A program made the translations under genes and the position numbers. Positions 1-10,347 of a stretch of 64,000 bases of DNA are shown one piece after another. The DNA is from Alphaproteobacteria bacterium. Its GTDB lineage: Bacteria > Pseudomonadota > Alphaproteobacteria > RF32 > CAG-239. The stretch is from assembly GCA_045590955.1 (NCBI GenBank), contig JAZNSB010000003.1, forward strand, positions 2,888-66,887, given 5' to 3'. The notes beneath the pieces were generated by a model. The model had not been told where the DNA came from and ran no database searches. It saw only the letters and a program-made list of their open reading frames with translations. The stretch's first letter is position 1; each line of letters starts with the position of its first letter.

Positions 1-520
1 ACTGGAAGATGATAGTTTGATTAATGTCTCTTATGATATATCAAACAATTTGGAATTTAAGGGAATGGGTAAAATTCTGATAGAAAAAAATATATTACAA
101 TCAGGTGCGGCAACTTCTTTGCATGTGAAACGCTGGATAAAAAACAACCCTGAAGAAGCAATGAAGTTATTTAATGAAAACAAGCGTTTTGTTTTTCATA
201 AAACAAGCCCATTAAAAAACGTTACAGGGGCTTTTGGAACAGCCTTGTTGGCACAAAGAAGCTTGGCCGTGGATAAAAATTTTATCCCTCTTGGAACATT
301 GTTGTGGTTAGACACAAAAGGTCCGGATAAAGAGAATGTTAAAAAACTTGTTTTTGCTCATGATACCGGAGCAGATATTGTTGGTAAAATCAGAGGAGAC
401 TTGTTTTGGGGTGTGGGAGATGATACTGTGTTAGAAAAATCCGGTAAAATGAAAAATAACGGTTTTTATTACATATTGTTACCAAAAAGCGTTTTGGAGA
501 ATGTTAATGAAAAAAAATAA
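1..520 (+). CDS. mltA: Membrane-bound lytic murein transglycosylase A (MltA), C-terminal part. The 5' end lies upstream of the window.
   Basis: The ORF runs in from the window edge. The C-terminal 3D-domain-like region (GAFGTALLAQRSLAVDKNFIPLGTLLWLD) matches MltA. An Smr gene follows, as in alphaproteobacteria. Confidence 0.7.
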   Translation, partial: LEDDSLINVSYDISNNLEFKGMGKILIEKNILQSGAATSLHVKRWIKNNPEEAMKLFNENKRFVFHKTSPLKNVTGAFGTALLAQRSLAVDKNFIPLGTLLWLDTKGPDKENVKKLVFAHDTGADIVGKIRGDLFWGVGDDTVLEKSGKMKNNGFYYILLPKSVLENVNEKK

Positions 521-1019
521 CAAAGCAGATTTATTAATATACAAAGCCCTAAACAGTGCTTTTAAACAAAACAAATTAAGATTTTATCTTAATTATGAAA
601 AAATTAATCGCCCGGGGTCTCCTGTTTATAATCCTTGGGAGGTCTTGTTGCCCATTTTGGTGCCTGTTGTGCTTGGTGTTATACTTATCTTATGGACAAA
701 CATCCTTGTTGGAATTTTGTTTATTGTGGCGATGTTGTTGCTCTATATTCATTATGTAAAAAAACGCTTTTATTCTAATTTGGTAACTAGAACCAAAAAT
801 ATGATGGAAAAAGATCTTAATAGCTTTAAAACATTGTGGAATTATGGTGGTTTTGTATTGGTAAATGCAGAAAATAAAACTATAGGCTGTGTTGCACCGA
901 AAGGTGATTGGAAAGAGTTTGTTGTGCAAAATTTTGCTGATTTTATGGTTGAAAAAAAAGAAGAAAAAAAAGAAGAAGTTGTTATAGATGAAAAACCAAG
1001 ATCAAGAAGACGAAAATAA
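501..1019 (+). CDS. Hypothetical small membrane protein with two predicted TM helices and a K/E-rich C-terminus.
   Basis: 172-aa ORF with a hydrophobic stretch (LLPILVPVVLGVILILWTNILVGILFIVAMLLLYI). It overlaps the mltA 3' end and the smr 5' end in different frames. No recognisable domain. Confidence 0.4.
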   Translation: MLMKKNNKADLLIYKALNSAFKQNKLRFYLNYEKINRPGSPVYNPWEVLLPILVPVVLGVILILWTNILVGILFIVAMLLLYIHYVKKRFYSNLVTRTKNMMEKDLNSFKTLWNYGGFVLVNAENKTIGCVAPKGDWKEFVVQNFADFMVEKKEEKKEEVVIDEKPRSRRRK

Positions 1020-1470
1020 TTTTCAGGCTCTTATTGAAGGTGTTGAAAAAATAAAAACAAATAGTGTTTTTATTAAACCTAAGCAAATAAAAAAAATAAA
1101 AAAAGACAACAATTTTGTGCCGGAAAAAGATATTTCTGATTTAGGTTTTCTTGATGTTGGAAACCTGTCTTTCGTTGATAGAAATACTGCAAAAAAATTT
1201 AAAACCAGCAAATTAAAAATAGATGCAAGTATTGACTTACACGGTTTAACAGAAAAAGAAGCTTTTTCTGTTGTTTGTGATTTTGTAAAAGATTCTTACT
1301 CTAAGCGGTTTAGAAATATATTGATTATCACCGGAAATGGTGAATGTTTAAAAAACAGACTACCTGAATGGTTAAACACATATTTTAGATCTATTGTTCT
1401 TTGTTTTGTTCATCCTGCACAAAATAAGGGTGGGCAGGGAGCTTTGCAAATTTTATTAAAAAGGCATTAA
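988..1470 (+). CDS. Smr domain protein
   Basis: C-terminal Smr-like block IDLHGLTEKEAFSVVCDFVKDSYSKRFRNILIITGNG. It has the conserved position after mltA. Confidence 0.7.
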   Translation: MKNQDQEDENNFQALIEGVEKIKTNSVFIKPKQIKKIKKDNNFVPEKDISDLGFLDVGNLSFVDRNTAKKFKTSKLKIDASIDLHGLTEKEAFSVVCDFVKDSYSKRFRNILIITGNGECLKNRLPEWLNTYFRSIVLCFVHPAQNKGGQGALQILLKRH

Positions 1471-2153
1471 TTGTTCCATATTGCGTTTTTTAATTTGCTA
1501 TTTAAGAAATTTTCATGATTTTCCATTTCTTCTGCTGTTACATGAAAGTTTCTGGAAGGCTTAAAGCTTCTTTCTACTTCAACAACCAATGTTTGTGCTT
1601 TTTGCTGTACATCTGTTTTTAAAGCAAATACAGGTTCTTTTCCGCCAATGAGTTCAAGATATACCTGAGCAAGTAATTGGGAATCAAGAAGAGCTCCGTG
1701 AGATGTTCTGGAAGAATTGTCAACATTAAATCTTTTACAAAGGGCGTCTAAGTTATTTTTTGATCCTGGAAATTTTTTCTTAGCAATTTCCAGTGTATCT
1801 ATTACTCTTTCCCATGCAAAACCTTCTTTGTTTATATTGCTTAACTCTTGATTTAAAAACTTTATATCAAAAGAAGCATTATGGGCAACAAGCTTGGAAT
1901 CTGTTCCTACAAAATCCAAAAAATCATCTATTATATCTTCAAAAACAGGAAAATCCTGTAAAAATTGAGTTGACAGGCCATGTACTTTAAAAGCTTCTTC
2001 CGGCATGTCTCTTTGTGGATTAATATATTGATGGTATGTTCTTCCTGTAGGAATATGATTTTCTAATTCAACAGCACCTATTTCTACAATTCTATCACCA
2101 TTTTTTTCATCAAAACCTGTTGTTTCCGTATCAAATACAATTTCCCTTACCAT
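1467..2153 (-). CDS. dnaQ: DNA polymerase III epsilon subunit (3'-5' exonuclease)
   Basis: Exo I motif FDTETTG, then HNASFDIKFL and the HGALLDSQLLAQVY Exo III region. It sits upstream of coaE, as in alphaproteobacteria. Confidence 0.9.
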   Translation of the reverse strand: MVREIVFDTETTGFDEKNGDRIVEIGAVELENHIPTGRTYHQYINPQRDMPEEAFKVHGLSTQFLQDFPVFEDIIDDFLDFVGTDSKLVAHNASFDIKFLNQELSNINKEGFAWERVIDTLEIAKKKFPGSKNNLDALCKRFNVDNSSRTSHGALLDSQLLAQVYLELIGGKEPVFALKTDVQQKAQTLVVEVERSFKPSRNFHVTAEEMENHENFLNSKLKNAIWNN

Positions 2154-2731
2154 TATAAAATTCCGTCTATAATTAAAATGATTTCTTGTTTTAGTTTTTG
2201 AATACTTTTGTCTGTATTAATAAGAATATCAACTTTCTCTATTTTGTCTTTATTTTTTTGTTGTATTGTATATATGTTATTAAATTGTGTTTCTGATATT
2301 TTATCTCTGCGTAAAACTCTTTCTTTTTGTTTATCTTTTTCAAGAAAAACACCTATGGTTTTATAACAATATTTATCCCATCCCATTTCATATAAAAGAG
2401 CTAAATCAATAAAAAGAAGCTGACATTTTTTAGTATTTTTTCTTATTGTTGATTTAAGTTTATTAAAAACATATGGATGAATGATGTTTTCCAATGTTTT
2501 TAGTTTGTCGTGATCTTTAAAAACTATTTCTCTTAATGTTTTCTTGTTTATTTTTCCGTTTTCAAACACTTCAGGAAAGTATCTTTTAACGCAAGAAATA
2601 ACCGAAGTATTGCTGTAAGCTTTTCTTCCCCAAAAATCAGCATCAAAAACACAAAAACCCAAGTTTCTTACAATTTTTGCAATTGTTGATTTTCCACATC
2701 CAATAAAGCCGGTAATTCCTATTATTTTCAT
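2153..2731 (-). CDS. coaE: Dephospho-CoA kinase
   Basis: N-terminal P-loop GITGFIGCGKST. Size about 190 aa. Position dnaQ-coaE. Confidence 0.85.
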   Translation of the reverse strand: MKIIGITGFIGCGKSTIAKIVRNLGFCVFDADFWGRKAYSNTSVISCVKRYFPEVFENGKINKKTLREIVFKDHDKLKTLENIIHPYVFNKLKSTIRKNTKKCQLLFIDLALLYEMGWDKYCYKTIGVFLEKDKQKERVLRRDKISETQFNNIYTIQQKNKDKIEKVDILINTDKSIQKLKQEIILIIDGIL

Positions 2732-3199
2732 AAAAACCCTTTATTTTCAAATAGTTATAAATTATCAACAACCCATCTGCTTTTTGTGTATAAGTTACAA
2801 GAATAGTACTTTTTTGATTAATTATTCATGTTTACTTATTTTATTAAACAAAGTTATCCAGATGTGTATATGTTATGTTCACCTATAAGATATGTGAATA
2901 TAACTTTTTTATCAACAGTCTTTTGAGTTTTTTTAATATATTGTTTTCTTTATAAAAACCGCTTTTCTATACACACATTTTTCAACAGTTTTATTTGTGT
3001 GTATATTTCTGTGTATATTTTTTTATTTCACAATTTAACAGCCATCTACTAACAACAACAAATTTTTTAAATTTAAATGATAGGAAGGATTGATTGTGCA
3101 TAAGTTTTGAGTTTGACTTTTTAAAAAAACTAATATATATATGCAGCATATTTAATGTCTTATCCGGTTCCGGAAATTTTCATCAATATAGGAAAAATC

Positions 3200-4453
3200 A
3201 TGAATTTAAAACAGTTAAAAGAAAAAACTCCTCAGGAGTTATTAGAACAAGCTGAATCTTTGGGTATTGAAGATGCATCTTCAATGAGAAAACAAGATTT
3301 AATGTTTAGTATTTTGAAAAAAATAGCTTCTGATGACAGTGCAATTTTGGGCGAAGGCGTTATAGAAGTAATGCAAGATGGTTTTGGTTTCTTGCGTTCA
3401 TTAGAATCTAATTATTTAGCCGGTCCTGACGATATTTATGTATCTCCGGCACAGGTTAGAAAATATGCTTTGAGAACAGGCGATACTGTTGAAGGGGAAA
3501 TTAGAGCGCCAAAAGAAAATGAAAGATATTTTGCTTTAACAAAAATAAATAAGATAAATTTTGAAGATCCGGAACTTTCTAAGTTAAGGGTTAATTTTGA
3601 CAACCTTACACCTTTATATCCTACAAAAAAATTGGATTTTGATGTAATTTGCGGAGATAAAGATTATACGACAAGGGTAATTGATTTAATTGCACCTCAG
3701 GGAAAAGGACAAAGAGGTCTTATTGTTGCTCCTCCTAGAACAGGTAAAACGGTTATGTTGCAAAATATTGCTCATGCAATTGCAACAAAACATCCTGAAG
3801 TTCATCTTATGGTTCTTTTGATTGATGAAAGACCTGAAGAGGTTACGGATATGACGCGTTCTGTTAAAGGAGAGGTTATTTCATCTACCTTTGATGAGCC
3901 GGCATCAAGACACGTTCAGGTTGCTGAAATGTGTATTGAAAAAGCAAAACGTTTGGTAGAAATGAAAAAAGATGTTGTGATTTTGCTTGATTCAATAACT
4001 CGTTTGGGTAGAGCTTATAATACTGTTGTTCCTTCTTCCGGTAAGGTTTTAACCGGTGGTGTTGATGCAAATGCTTTACAAAGACCAAAAAGACTTTTGG
4101 GTGCTGCAAGAAATGTGGAAGAAGGTGGTTCTTTAACAATTATTGCAACAGCTTTGATTGATACAGGTTCAAGAATGGATGAAGTTATTTTTGAAGAATT
4201 TAAAGGAACCGGTAACTCTGAAATTATACTTGATAGAAAACTTACAGATAAAAGATTGTTCCCAACAATTGATATTACACGCTCAGGAACCAGAAAAGAA
4301 GAGCTTTTGGTTGATAAGGCAACTTTATCTAAAATGTGGGTATTAAGAAGAGTTTTAATGCAAATGGGAATGACGGATGGTATGGAATTCTTACTTGATA
4401 AACTCAAAGTAAGCAAAGATAACCAAGATTTTTTTAATACAATGAATCAGTAA
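3200..4453 (+). CDS. rho: Transcription termination factor Rho
   Basis: Full-length Rho: N-terminal [18 protein letters not shown]-binding domain GFGFLRS, Walker [10 protein letters not shown] and R loops. The ATG at 3200 is preceded by a GGAAAAA RBS. The ORF-track start at 3155 is probably too early. Confidence 0.95.
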   Translation: MNLKQLKEKTPQELLEQAESLGIEDASSMRKQDLMFSILKKIASDDSAILGEGVIEVMQDGFGFLRSLESNYLAGPDDIYVSPAQVRKYALRTGDTVEGEIRAPKENERYFALTKINKINFEDPELSKLRVNFDNLTPLYPTKKLDFDVICGDKDYTTRVIDLIAPQGKGQRGLIVAPPRTGKTVMLQNIAHAIATKHPEVHLMVLLIDERPEEVTDMTRSVKGEVISSTFDEPASRHVQVAEMCIEKAKRLVEMKKDVVILLDSITRLGRAYNTVVPSSGKVLTGGVDANALQRPKRLLGAARNVEEGGSLTIIATALIDTGSRMDEVIFEEFKGTGNSEIILDRKLTDKRLFPTIDITRSGTRKEELLVDKATLSKMWVLRRVLMQMGMTDGMEFLLDKLKVSKDNQDFFNTMNQ

Positions 4454-4460
4454 AATAAAG

Positions 4461-4490
4461 AAGAGGGGTTAATAAACCTCTCTTCTTCCT
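4461..4490. terminator. Imperfect hairpin shared by the convergent rho and ftsK 3' ends
   Basis: GAAGAGGGGttaataaaCCTCTCTTC, with a U-rich stretch on the minus strand after the ftsK stop. Confidence 0.4.
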
Positions 4491-6727
4491 ACATGGTCCG
4501 GTTTTGAAATTAAACCTTCTTCTTCCATTCTATCAATCAAAGAAGCTGCTCTGTTATATCCTATGCGAAGCCTTCTTTGTATATAGCTTGTTGAGGCTTT
4601 TTTATCAGCAAGAACAATTTCAACAGCTTGTTTGTATAAATCGTTGTCTGAAGAAATTCCTCCAAAAGACGTATTATCAAAAACAGCAGAACTGTCTCCT
4701 GCAGAAGAAGTTTCTCCTTCTGTAATACCTTCAATATATTCGGGTTGTTTTTGTGTTTTTATAAATTCAACAACTTTTTCTATTTCTGCTTCTTTAACAA
4801 AAGCTCCGTGTATTCTGATAGGTTTTAAACCTGCAGGCATGTATAGCATATCTCCTTTACCAAGGAGTTGTTCTGCACCTTGTTCTCCTAAAATGGTTCT
4901 ACTGTCTATTTTTGATGTTACTTGGAAGGATATTCTTGCAGGGAAGTTGGCTTTTATTGTTCCTGTAATTACATCAACAGAAGGTCTTTGGGTTGACATA
5001 ATCAGGTGAATACCTGCAGCTCTGGCCATTTGAGCAAGTCTTTGAATAGCTGCTTCTACATCTTTTCTGGCAACCAACATTAGATCAGCCATTTCATCAA
5101 CAACCACAACAATGTAAGGAAGCGGAGATAAATCCATTTCTTGTTCTTCATAAATGGGAGCTCCGGTTTCTTTGTCAAAACCTGTTTGAATTGTTCTTTT
5201 ATATGTTTTTCCGCTGGCTTTAATTTCTTCAACTTTTTTATTATAGCCTGTTATATTTTTAACATTTAATTTGGTCATTGCCCTATATCTGTCTTCCATT
5301 TCTTTTACAGCCCATTTAAGGCCTATAACAGCTTTTGACGGATCTGTAATAACCGGTGTGAGCAAATGTGGAATGCCGTTATAAACAGAAAATTCAAGCA
5401 TTTTTGGGTCAATCATAATAAATTTACACTCGTCAGGTGTTTTATTAAATAAAATGGATAATATCATAGAGTTAACACCAACAGATTTACCTGATCCGGT
5501 TGTTCCGGCAACAAGTAAGTGTGGCATACCGGATAGGTCTGCATAAATATTTTTTCCACCTATATCTTTACCAAGAACCACATTTAGATTGTTTTGAGAG
5601 TTTATAAAATTATCATCTTCAAAAAGTTCTCTTAACCACACAGTGTTTCTACTGGAATTGGGTATTTCAATACCTATTGTTTTTGAGCCAGGAATAACAG
5701 CAACCCTGACAGATTGAACACCCATAGATCTGGCAATTTCAGGAGCAAGAACAATAACTCTGGCAATTTTTATTCCTGGAGCAGGTTCAAGTTCATATAA
5801 AGTTACAACAGGCCCCGGATTGGCTTTTACTATTTTACCTTCTACGCCAAATTCTTTTAATACGCTTTCCAATTCAAAAGATGTTTTTTCTAAGTCTTTT
5901 TGCGAAAGAGACGTAACTGAATTTTTATCTTTTGACTTTGTAAGTAATTCAAAAGATGGTTTAACATAAGAATCAACAACAGAAACAACTCTTGTTTTTT
6001 CAATAGGTTGAACAGGTGTTTTTAATGTTTTTTCTTCTTTTTTATTTACTTTCTTTTTAGGTGTTTTGCGCTCAATTCTTGTAGGTGTTTGTCTTTTGAA
6101 AATAATGGACCAGGCAAAAAAACCTATAATCATGATTATTTTGAAAATTAAAAACAAAAATCTGTAGATGTAGTTGCAAATTTTTAACCAAAACTTGTAA
6201 TTTATACCAACGGAAAAATTAAATGACAAAAAGCTTAAGAGTGAAAAAACAGTAATCAAAATATATTTGGTTAAATTTGAAGGATATAGGTTGTTAGCTA
6301 AGCTAAAAACAAACTCTGAAATTTTATATCCGGCAAGCCCGCCTAACTTAAATAAATTAAATTCTGTTGGAATAGAGTTTAACGAAATGGAAAGCGTTAA
6401 CACACCCAAAATAAAGGCAAAAAATCTTGAATAAGGACATATTAGTTCTTCTTTTTTTAAATTACTGTATCCCCAGAATAAAGGTGCAATTAAAAATATA
6501 ATTAGAGAAAAACCAAACCAATGAAGAATAAAGGTGGCAAAATTTGCTCCTGTAGGGCCAAAAAAGTTTTTTACTGGTAGAGAGTTTGAAATTAGAAAAG
6601 AACTGTCTGTAGGGTTGTAAAAAACGCAACTACCCCAACAAAAAACAACAAACATCATAATGCCAAGACCTGTTGCTTGTCTGAGTATTTGTTTAAATAT
6701 GTTTTTTTGTTTTTTGCGTTTTGCCAT
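4469..6727 (-). CDS. ftsK: DNA translocase FtsK
   Basis: N-terminal polytopic membrane region, a linker, then the FtsK/SpoIIIE motor with Walker A GTTGSGKS and a C-terminal gamma (winged-helix) domain. Confidence 0.9.
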   Translation of the reverse strand: MAKRKKQKNIFKQILRQATGLGIMMFVVFCWGSCVFYNPTDSSFLISNSLPVKNFFGPTGANFATFILHWFGFSLIIFLIAPLFWGYSNLKKEELICPYSRFFAFILGVLTLSISLNSIPTEFNLFKLGGLAGYKISEFVFSLANNLYPSNLTKYILITVFSLLSFLSFNFSVGINYKFWLKICNYIYRFLFLIFKIIMIIGFFAWSIIFKRQTPTRIERKTPKKKVNKKEEKTLKTPVQPIEKTRVVSVVDSYVKPSFELLTKSKDKNSVTSLSQKDLEKTSFELESVLKEFGVEGKIVKANPGPVVTLYELEPAPGIKIARVIVLAPEIARSMGVQSVRVAVIPGSKTIGIEIPNSSRNTVWLRELFEDDNFINSQNNLNVVLGKDIGGKNIYADLSGMPHLLVAGTTGSGKSVGVNSMILSILFNKTPDECKFIMIDPKMLEFSVYNGIPHLLTPVITDPSKAVIGLKWAVKEMEDRYRAMTKLNVKNITGYNKKVEEIKASGKTYKRTIQTGFDKETGAPIYEEQEMDLSPLPYIVVVVDEMADLMLVARKDVEAAIQRLAQMARAAGIHLIMSTQRPSVDVITGTIKANFPARISFQVTSKIDSRTILGEQGAEQLLGKGDMLYMPAGLKPIRIHGAFVKEAEIEKVVEFIKTQKQPEYIEGITEGETSSAGDSSAVFDNTSFGGISSDNDLYKQAVEIVLADKKASTSYIQRRLRIGYNRAASLIDRMEEEGLISKPDHVGRREVY

Positions 6728-6843
6728 GTTTTTCTCCTTATAAACAGTGTTATTCTAATCTTTATAAATTAACATCAGATTAAAAACTTGACTTTTTTAC
6801 AATAATAATTCACCCTGTTTTTGAAACTTTTGAAAGGATATTT

Positions 6844-7797
6844 ATGACAAATGCTTTTGTTTTCCCGGGACAGGGATCTCAGTATATTGGGATGGGAAAA
6901 TCTCTGTATGAAAATTTTTCTTCTGCAAAAAATGTGTTTGAAAGAGTTAATAATGCGCTTTCTCAAAATCTTACAAAAATAATGTTTGAAGGACCGGCAA
7001 ATGATTTGTCTTTAACAGCAAATACACAGCCTGCTATTATGGCTGTTTCTATGGCGGTAACAGAGGTTTTGAAAAAAGATTTTGATTACGATATTACAAA
7101 AAAAGCAAAATTTTTTGCCGGTCATTCTTTGGGAGAATATTCTGCGCTATGTGCAACTCAAATGTTTGATTTGGAAGATACAGCTAAGTTACTCAAAATA
7201 AGAGGAGAAGCAATGCAAGAAGCTGTTCCTTTAGGGAAAGGCGGAATGGTTGCTGTTTTGGGGGTTGGTGTAAAAGATATTGGTGATTTGATAAAAAATG
7301 CTTCTGATGATAAGTTTTTTTGTGTAATGGCTAACGATAATGCCGACGGACAAGTGGTGTTGTCAGGTCATACAGAGGCAATAGACAAAGTGTGTGCTTT
7401 AGCGCCGGAATATGGTGCAAAAAGATGTATTAAACTGCCAGTTTCTGCGCCGTTTCATAGTCCTTTGATGCAAAAAGCTGCAGAAAAAATGGCAGAAGCG
7501 TTAAACAATGTTAGAGTTTATAAACCGCTGGTACCTGTGGTTGAAAATGTTGTGGTAACACCGTTAGAAAACGAACATGAAATTATAACAAGATTAATAG
7601 AGCAGGTTGTGTGTCCGGTAAGGTGGAGAGAAACAATGACCTTTTTTGAAGAAGAAGGTATAAATAAATTTATAGAGCTTGGTGCCGGAAAGGTTTTAAC
7701 AACAATAGCAAAAAGAAACATGAACAATGTAATTTGTATAAATTTAGAAAAACCGGAAGATATAGAGGTTTTTGTTAGAGGAGAAGAAAATGTTTAG
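6844..7797 (+). CDS. fabD: Malonyl-CoA:ACP transacylase
   Basis: FVFPGQGSQYIGMG and the active-site GHSLGEYSAL. Confidence 0.9.
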   Translation: MTNAFVFPGQGSQYIGMGKSLYENFSSAKNVFERVNNALSQNLTKIMFEGPANDLSLTANTQPAIMAVSMAVTEVLKKDFDYDITKKAKFFAGHSLGEYSALCATQMFDLEDTAKLLKIRGEAMQEAVPLGKGGMVAVLGVGVKDIGDLIKNASDDKFFCVMANDNADGQVVLSGHTEAIDKVCALAPEYGAKRCIKLPVSAPFHSPLMQKAAEKMAEALNNVRVYKPLVPVVENVVVTPLENEHEIITRLIEQVVCPVRWRETMTFFEEEGINKFIELGAGKVLTTIAKRNMNNVICINLEKPEDIEVFVRGEENV

Positions 7798-8527
7798 ATT
7801 AGACGGAAAAAAAGCTTTAGTAACCGGAGCCGCAGGCGGATTAGGCGATAAAATCGTTAGAACACTTCATTCTTTGGGAGCAACAGTTGTTTTAACAGAT
7901 ATGAATGCTCAACCAATGAATGAGATTAAAGAAGATCTCAAAGAAAGAGTTTTTGTTTTTGCAGCAAATCTGTCAAACGATGAAGAAGTAAACAATATGG
8001 TAAAAAGTATTGAGGAACAAGTTGGAACAATTGATATATTGATTAACAACGCCGGGCTTACCAGAGACAATTTGTTTATGAGAATGTCTGATGAAGAGTG
8101 GCAACTTGTTTTGGATGTTAATTTAACGGCAGGTTTTAAGTTAGCACGAAAGCTGATTAGACCGATGATGAAAAACAGATGGGGAAGAATTATAGGAATA
8201 GCATCCGTTGTTGGAGCAATGGGCAATCTTGGACAAGCAAATTATGCTGCTTCAAAAGCAGGAATGGTTGCTATGAATAAATGTTTGGCTCAAGAAATTG
8301 GTTCTAGAAACATTACTGTTAATTCTGTTGCTCCAGGGTTTATCAGAACAAAAATGACAGATGTATTGCCAGAGAATGTTAAAGAAGAATTGATGAAAAA
8401 AATTCCTTTAGCTCGACTTGGCGAGGCCCAGGATGTTGCAAATGCTGTTGCTTTTTTGGCATCTGAAGAAGCAGCATATATTACAGGACAAACAATTCAC
8501 ATAAATGGTGGAATGGCAATGATTTAA
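7790..8527 (+). CDS. fabG: 3-oxoacyl-ACP reductase
   Basis: SDR TGAAGGLG Rossmann motif and the YAASKAG catalytic motif. The ATG at 7790 follows a GAGGAG RBS and overlaps the fabD stop. Confidence 0.9.
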   Translation: MFRLDGKKALVTGAAGGLGDKIVRTLHSLGATVVLTDMNAQPMNEIKEDLKERVFVFAANLSNDEEVNNMVKSIEEQVGTIDILINNAGLTRDNLFMRMSDEEWQLVLDVNLTAGFKLARKLIRPMMKNRWGRIIGIASVVGAMGNLGQANYAASKAGMVAMNKCLAQEIGSRNITVNSVAPGFIRTKMTDVLPENVKEELMKKIPLARLGEAQDVANAVAFLASEEAAYITGQTIHINGGMAMI

Positions 8528-8546
8528 GTCAAAAAAGGTATTAAAA

Positions 8547-8574
8547 AACCCCGCATTTTGCGGGGTTTTGTTTT
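8547..8574. terminator. Bidirectional rho-independent terminator between the convergent fabG and hydA genes.
   Basis: AAAAAACCCCGCAttttGCGGGGTTTTGTTTTT: a 6-7 bp GC stem flanked by an A-run and a T-run. Confidence 0.75.
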
Positions 8575-10346
8575 TATCTTTTAGCATATTTTGCTCTTGG
8601 AACATAATGCGTATGCAATAGTTCGTGAGCTTTGCCTTTTCCTGCTTCTCCCAAAAATTCTGTATATACTTGTTTTACAGATTCATTGTGGTGAGATAAT
8701 CTATTTGATGAATTTAGATCTTCTTTTAATAGACCTTGAGCTCTTTTTGCTCTGATTTCATCTGTAATTCCTCGGGGTTTTGGTTGATCAGGAAGCATTA
8801 CCCTTGGTTGTCCGCCACCGGCGATACAACCGCCACGGCAAGCCATAACCTCTACAAAGTGGTATGGAAGCTCTTCATTGTTTGCTTTTGCGTTGCGAAT
8901 CTGGTCTAACACTGTTTCAACATTTTTTGCACCGTGAGCAACTGCAATACGAACCTTTGTTCCGTTAATGTCTATTTCTGCTTTTTTGATACCGTCAAGA
9001 CCAACCACATCAACAAAATCTATGTTTCCAAGCTCTTTGCCTGTTACATAAAAGTATGCGGTTCTCAATGCTGCGGTCATTACGCCGCCGGTTACTCCAA
9101 AAATGGTGCCGGCACCGGTGTATTCTCCAAGAGGAGAATCTGCCGGTTCTTCAGGAAGTTTTCTGAAAGCAATACCGGCTTGTTTTATCATGCGACAAAG
9201 CTCTCTTGTGGTAAGAGAAACGTCAACATCTTGATAACCGGAAGAAGACATGTCTTCAGAACGCTGAATCTCCCATTTTTTGGCAGTGCAGGGCATAACC
9301 GAAATCACACGAATGTTTGCCGGATCAAGATTCATTTTTTGAGCATAATATGTTTTTGCTAAAGCACCAACCATTGCTTGAGGTGATTTGCATGTAGAGA
9401 AGTTTGGTATCATATCTTGATGATATTTTTCCATAAGATCAACCCATGCAGGACAACAAGATGTCATCAACGGCAGTTTTTCAGGTTCTGATGTAAATCT
9501 TTTTACAAATTCTGTTGCTTCTTCAATAATTGTTAAGTCAGCACCAAAGTTTGTGTCAAAAACCTTGTCAAAACCAAGTCTGCGCAATGCTGCATATGTT
9601 TTTCCTGTTAAATTTTCTCCAAAATCATAGCCGAACTCTTCGCCAATTGCTACTCTTACGGCAGGAGCAATTTGAACAATGGTTGTTATGTTTGGGTCAT
9701 TTATCATGTCCCAAACTTTTTGTGTTTCGTCATATTCAACAATTGCACCTGTCGGACAGTGAGCAGAACATTGTCCACATTTTATGCAAGGGCTGTCTGC
9801 TAAAGGAATGCCACCGGCGGCAGAAATTCTTGTGGCAAGACCTCTGTTTAAGAAGCTTAGAGCCCAAACGTTTTGTTGGTTTTGACAAACGTCTACACAG
9901 CGTCCACAAAGCACACATTTATCTGGGTGTAAAACAATAGATTTAGTAGAATCGTCGGAAGGCAACCCTTTTACCAAAGATGGCAAATCTTCATTTTCAA
10001 TACCGAAAGAGTGTGCCAAATCTTGCAATTCACAATGTCCTGAGCGCAAACACGTTAAACACTGATTAGGGTGTGCTGACAAAATAAGCTCTAAAACAGA
10101 TCTGCGAACAGAAACAATTTCTGGATCTGAGGTGATAATTTTCATTCCTTCAGCAACAGGTGTGCAACAAGATCTTAAAATTCTACCATTAACCTTTACA
10201 ATGCATATACCACAACCGGCAGAAGGGTCTACATCGGGGTGCTTACAAAGGGTTGGAATATCAATTTGAACGGTTCTTGCGGCTTCTAAAATGGTTGTAC
10301 CCTCAGGAACATCTACTTCAAATTTATCAATTGTGATTTTTACCAT
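8574..10346 (-). CDS. hydA: [FeFe]-hydrogenase catalytic subunit (group A, M3 architecture)
   Basis: N-terminal plant-type 2Fe-2S domain. The His-ligated cluster HPNQCLTCLRSGHC. Two ferredoxin-like CxxCxxCxxxCP motifs. H-cluster motifs L1 TSCCPAWV, L2 MPCTAKKWE and L3 EVMACRGGCIAGGGQP. The ATG at 10346 sits 1 nt after the hydB stop, with a GGAGGA RBS. Confidence 0.9.
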   Translation of the reverse strand: MVKITIDKFEVDVPEGTTILEAARTVQIDIPTLCKHPDVDPSAGCGICIVKVNGRILRSCCTPVAEGMKIITSDPEIVSVRRSVLELILSAHPNQCLTCLRSGHCELQDLAHSFGIENEDLPSLVKGLPSDDSTKSIVLHPDKCVLCGRCVDVCQNQQNVWALSFLNRGLATRISAAGGIPLADSPCIKCGQCSAHCPTGAIVEYDETQKVWDMINDPNITTIVQIAPAVRVAIGEEFGYDFGENLTGKTYAALRRLGFDKVFDTNFGADLTIIEEATEFVKRFTSEPEKLPLMTSCCPAWVDLMEKYHQDMIPNFSTCKSPQAMVGALAKTYYAQKMNLDPANIRVISVMPCTAKKWEIQRSEDMSSSGYQDVDVSLTTRELCRMIKQAGIAFRKLPEEPADSPLGEYTGAGTIFGVTGGVMTAALRTAYFYVTGKELGNIDFVDVVGLDGIKKAEIDINGTKVRIAVAHGAKNVETVLDQIRNAKANNEELPYHFVEVMACRGGCIAGGGQPRVMLPDQPKPRGITDEIRAKRAQGLLKEDLNSSNRLSHHNESVKQVYTEFLGEAGKGKAHELLHTHYVPRAKYAKR

Positions 10347-10347
10347 A

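Noticed and set aside
690-929. 79-aa minus-strand ORF antisense to the small membrane-protein ORF
   Set aside because: It lies entirely antisense inside another ORF in AT-rich sequence, has no motif and has a low-complexity composition. This is typical of spurious antisense ORFs.
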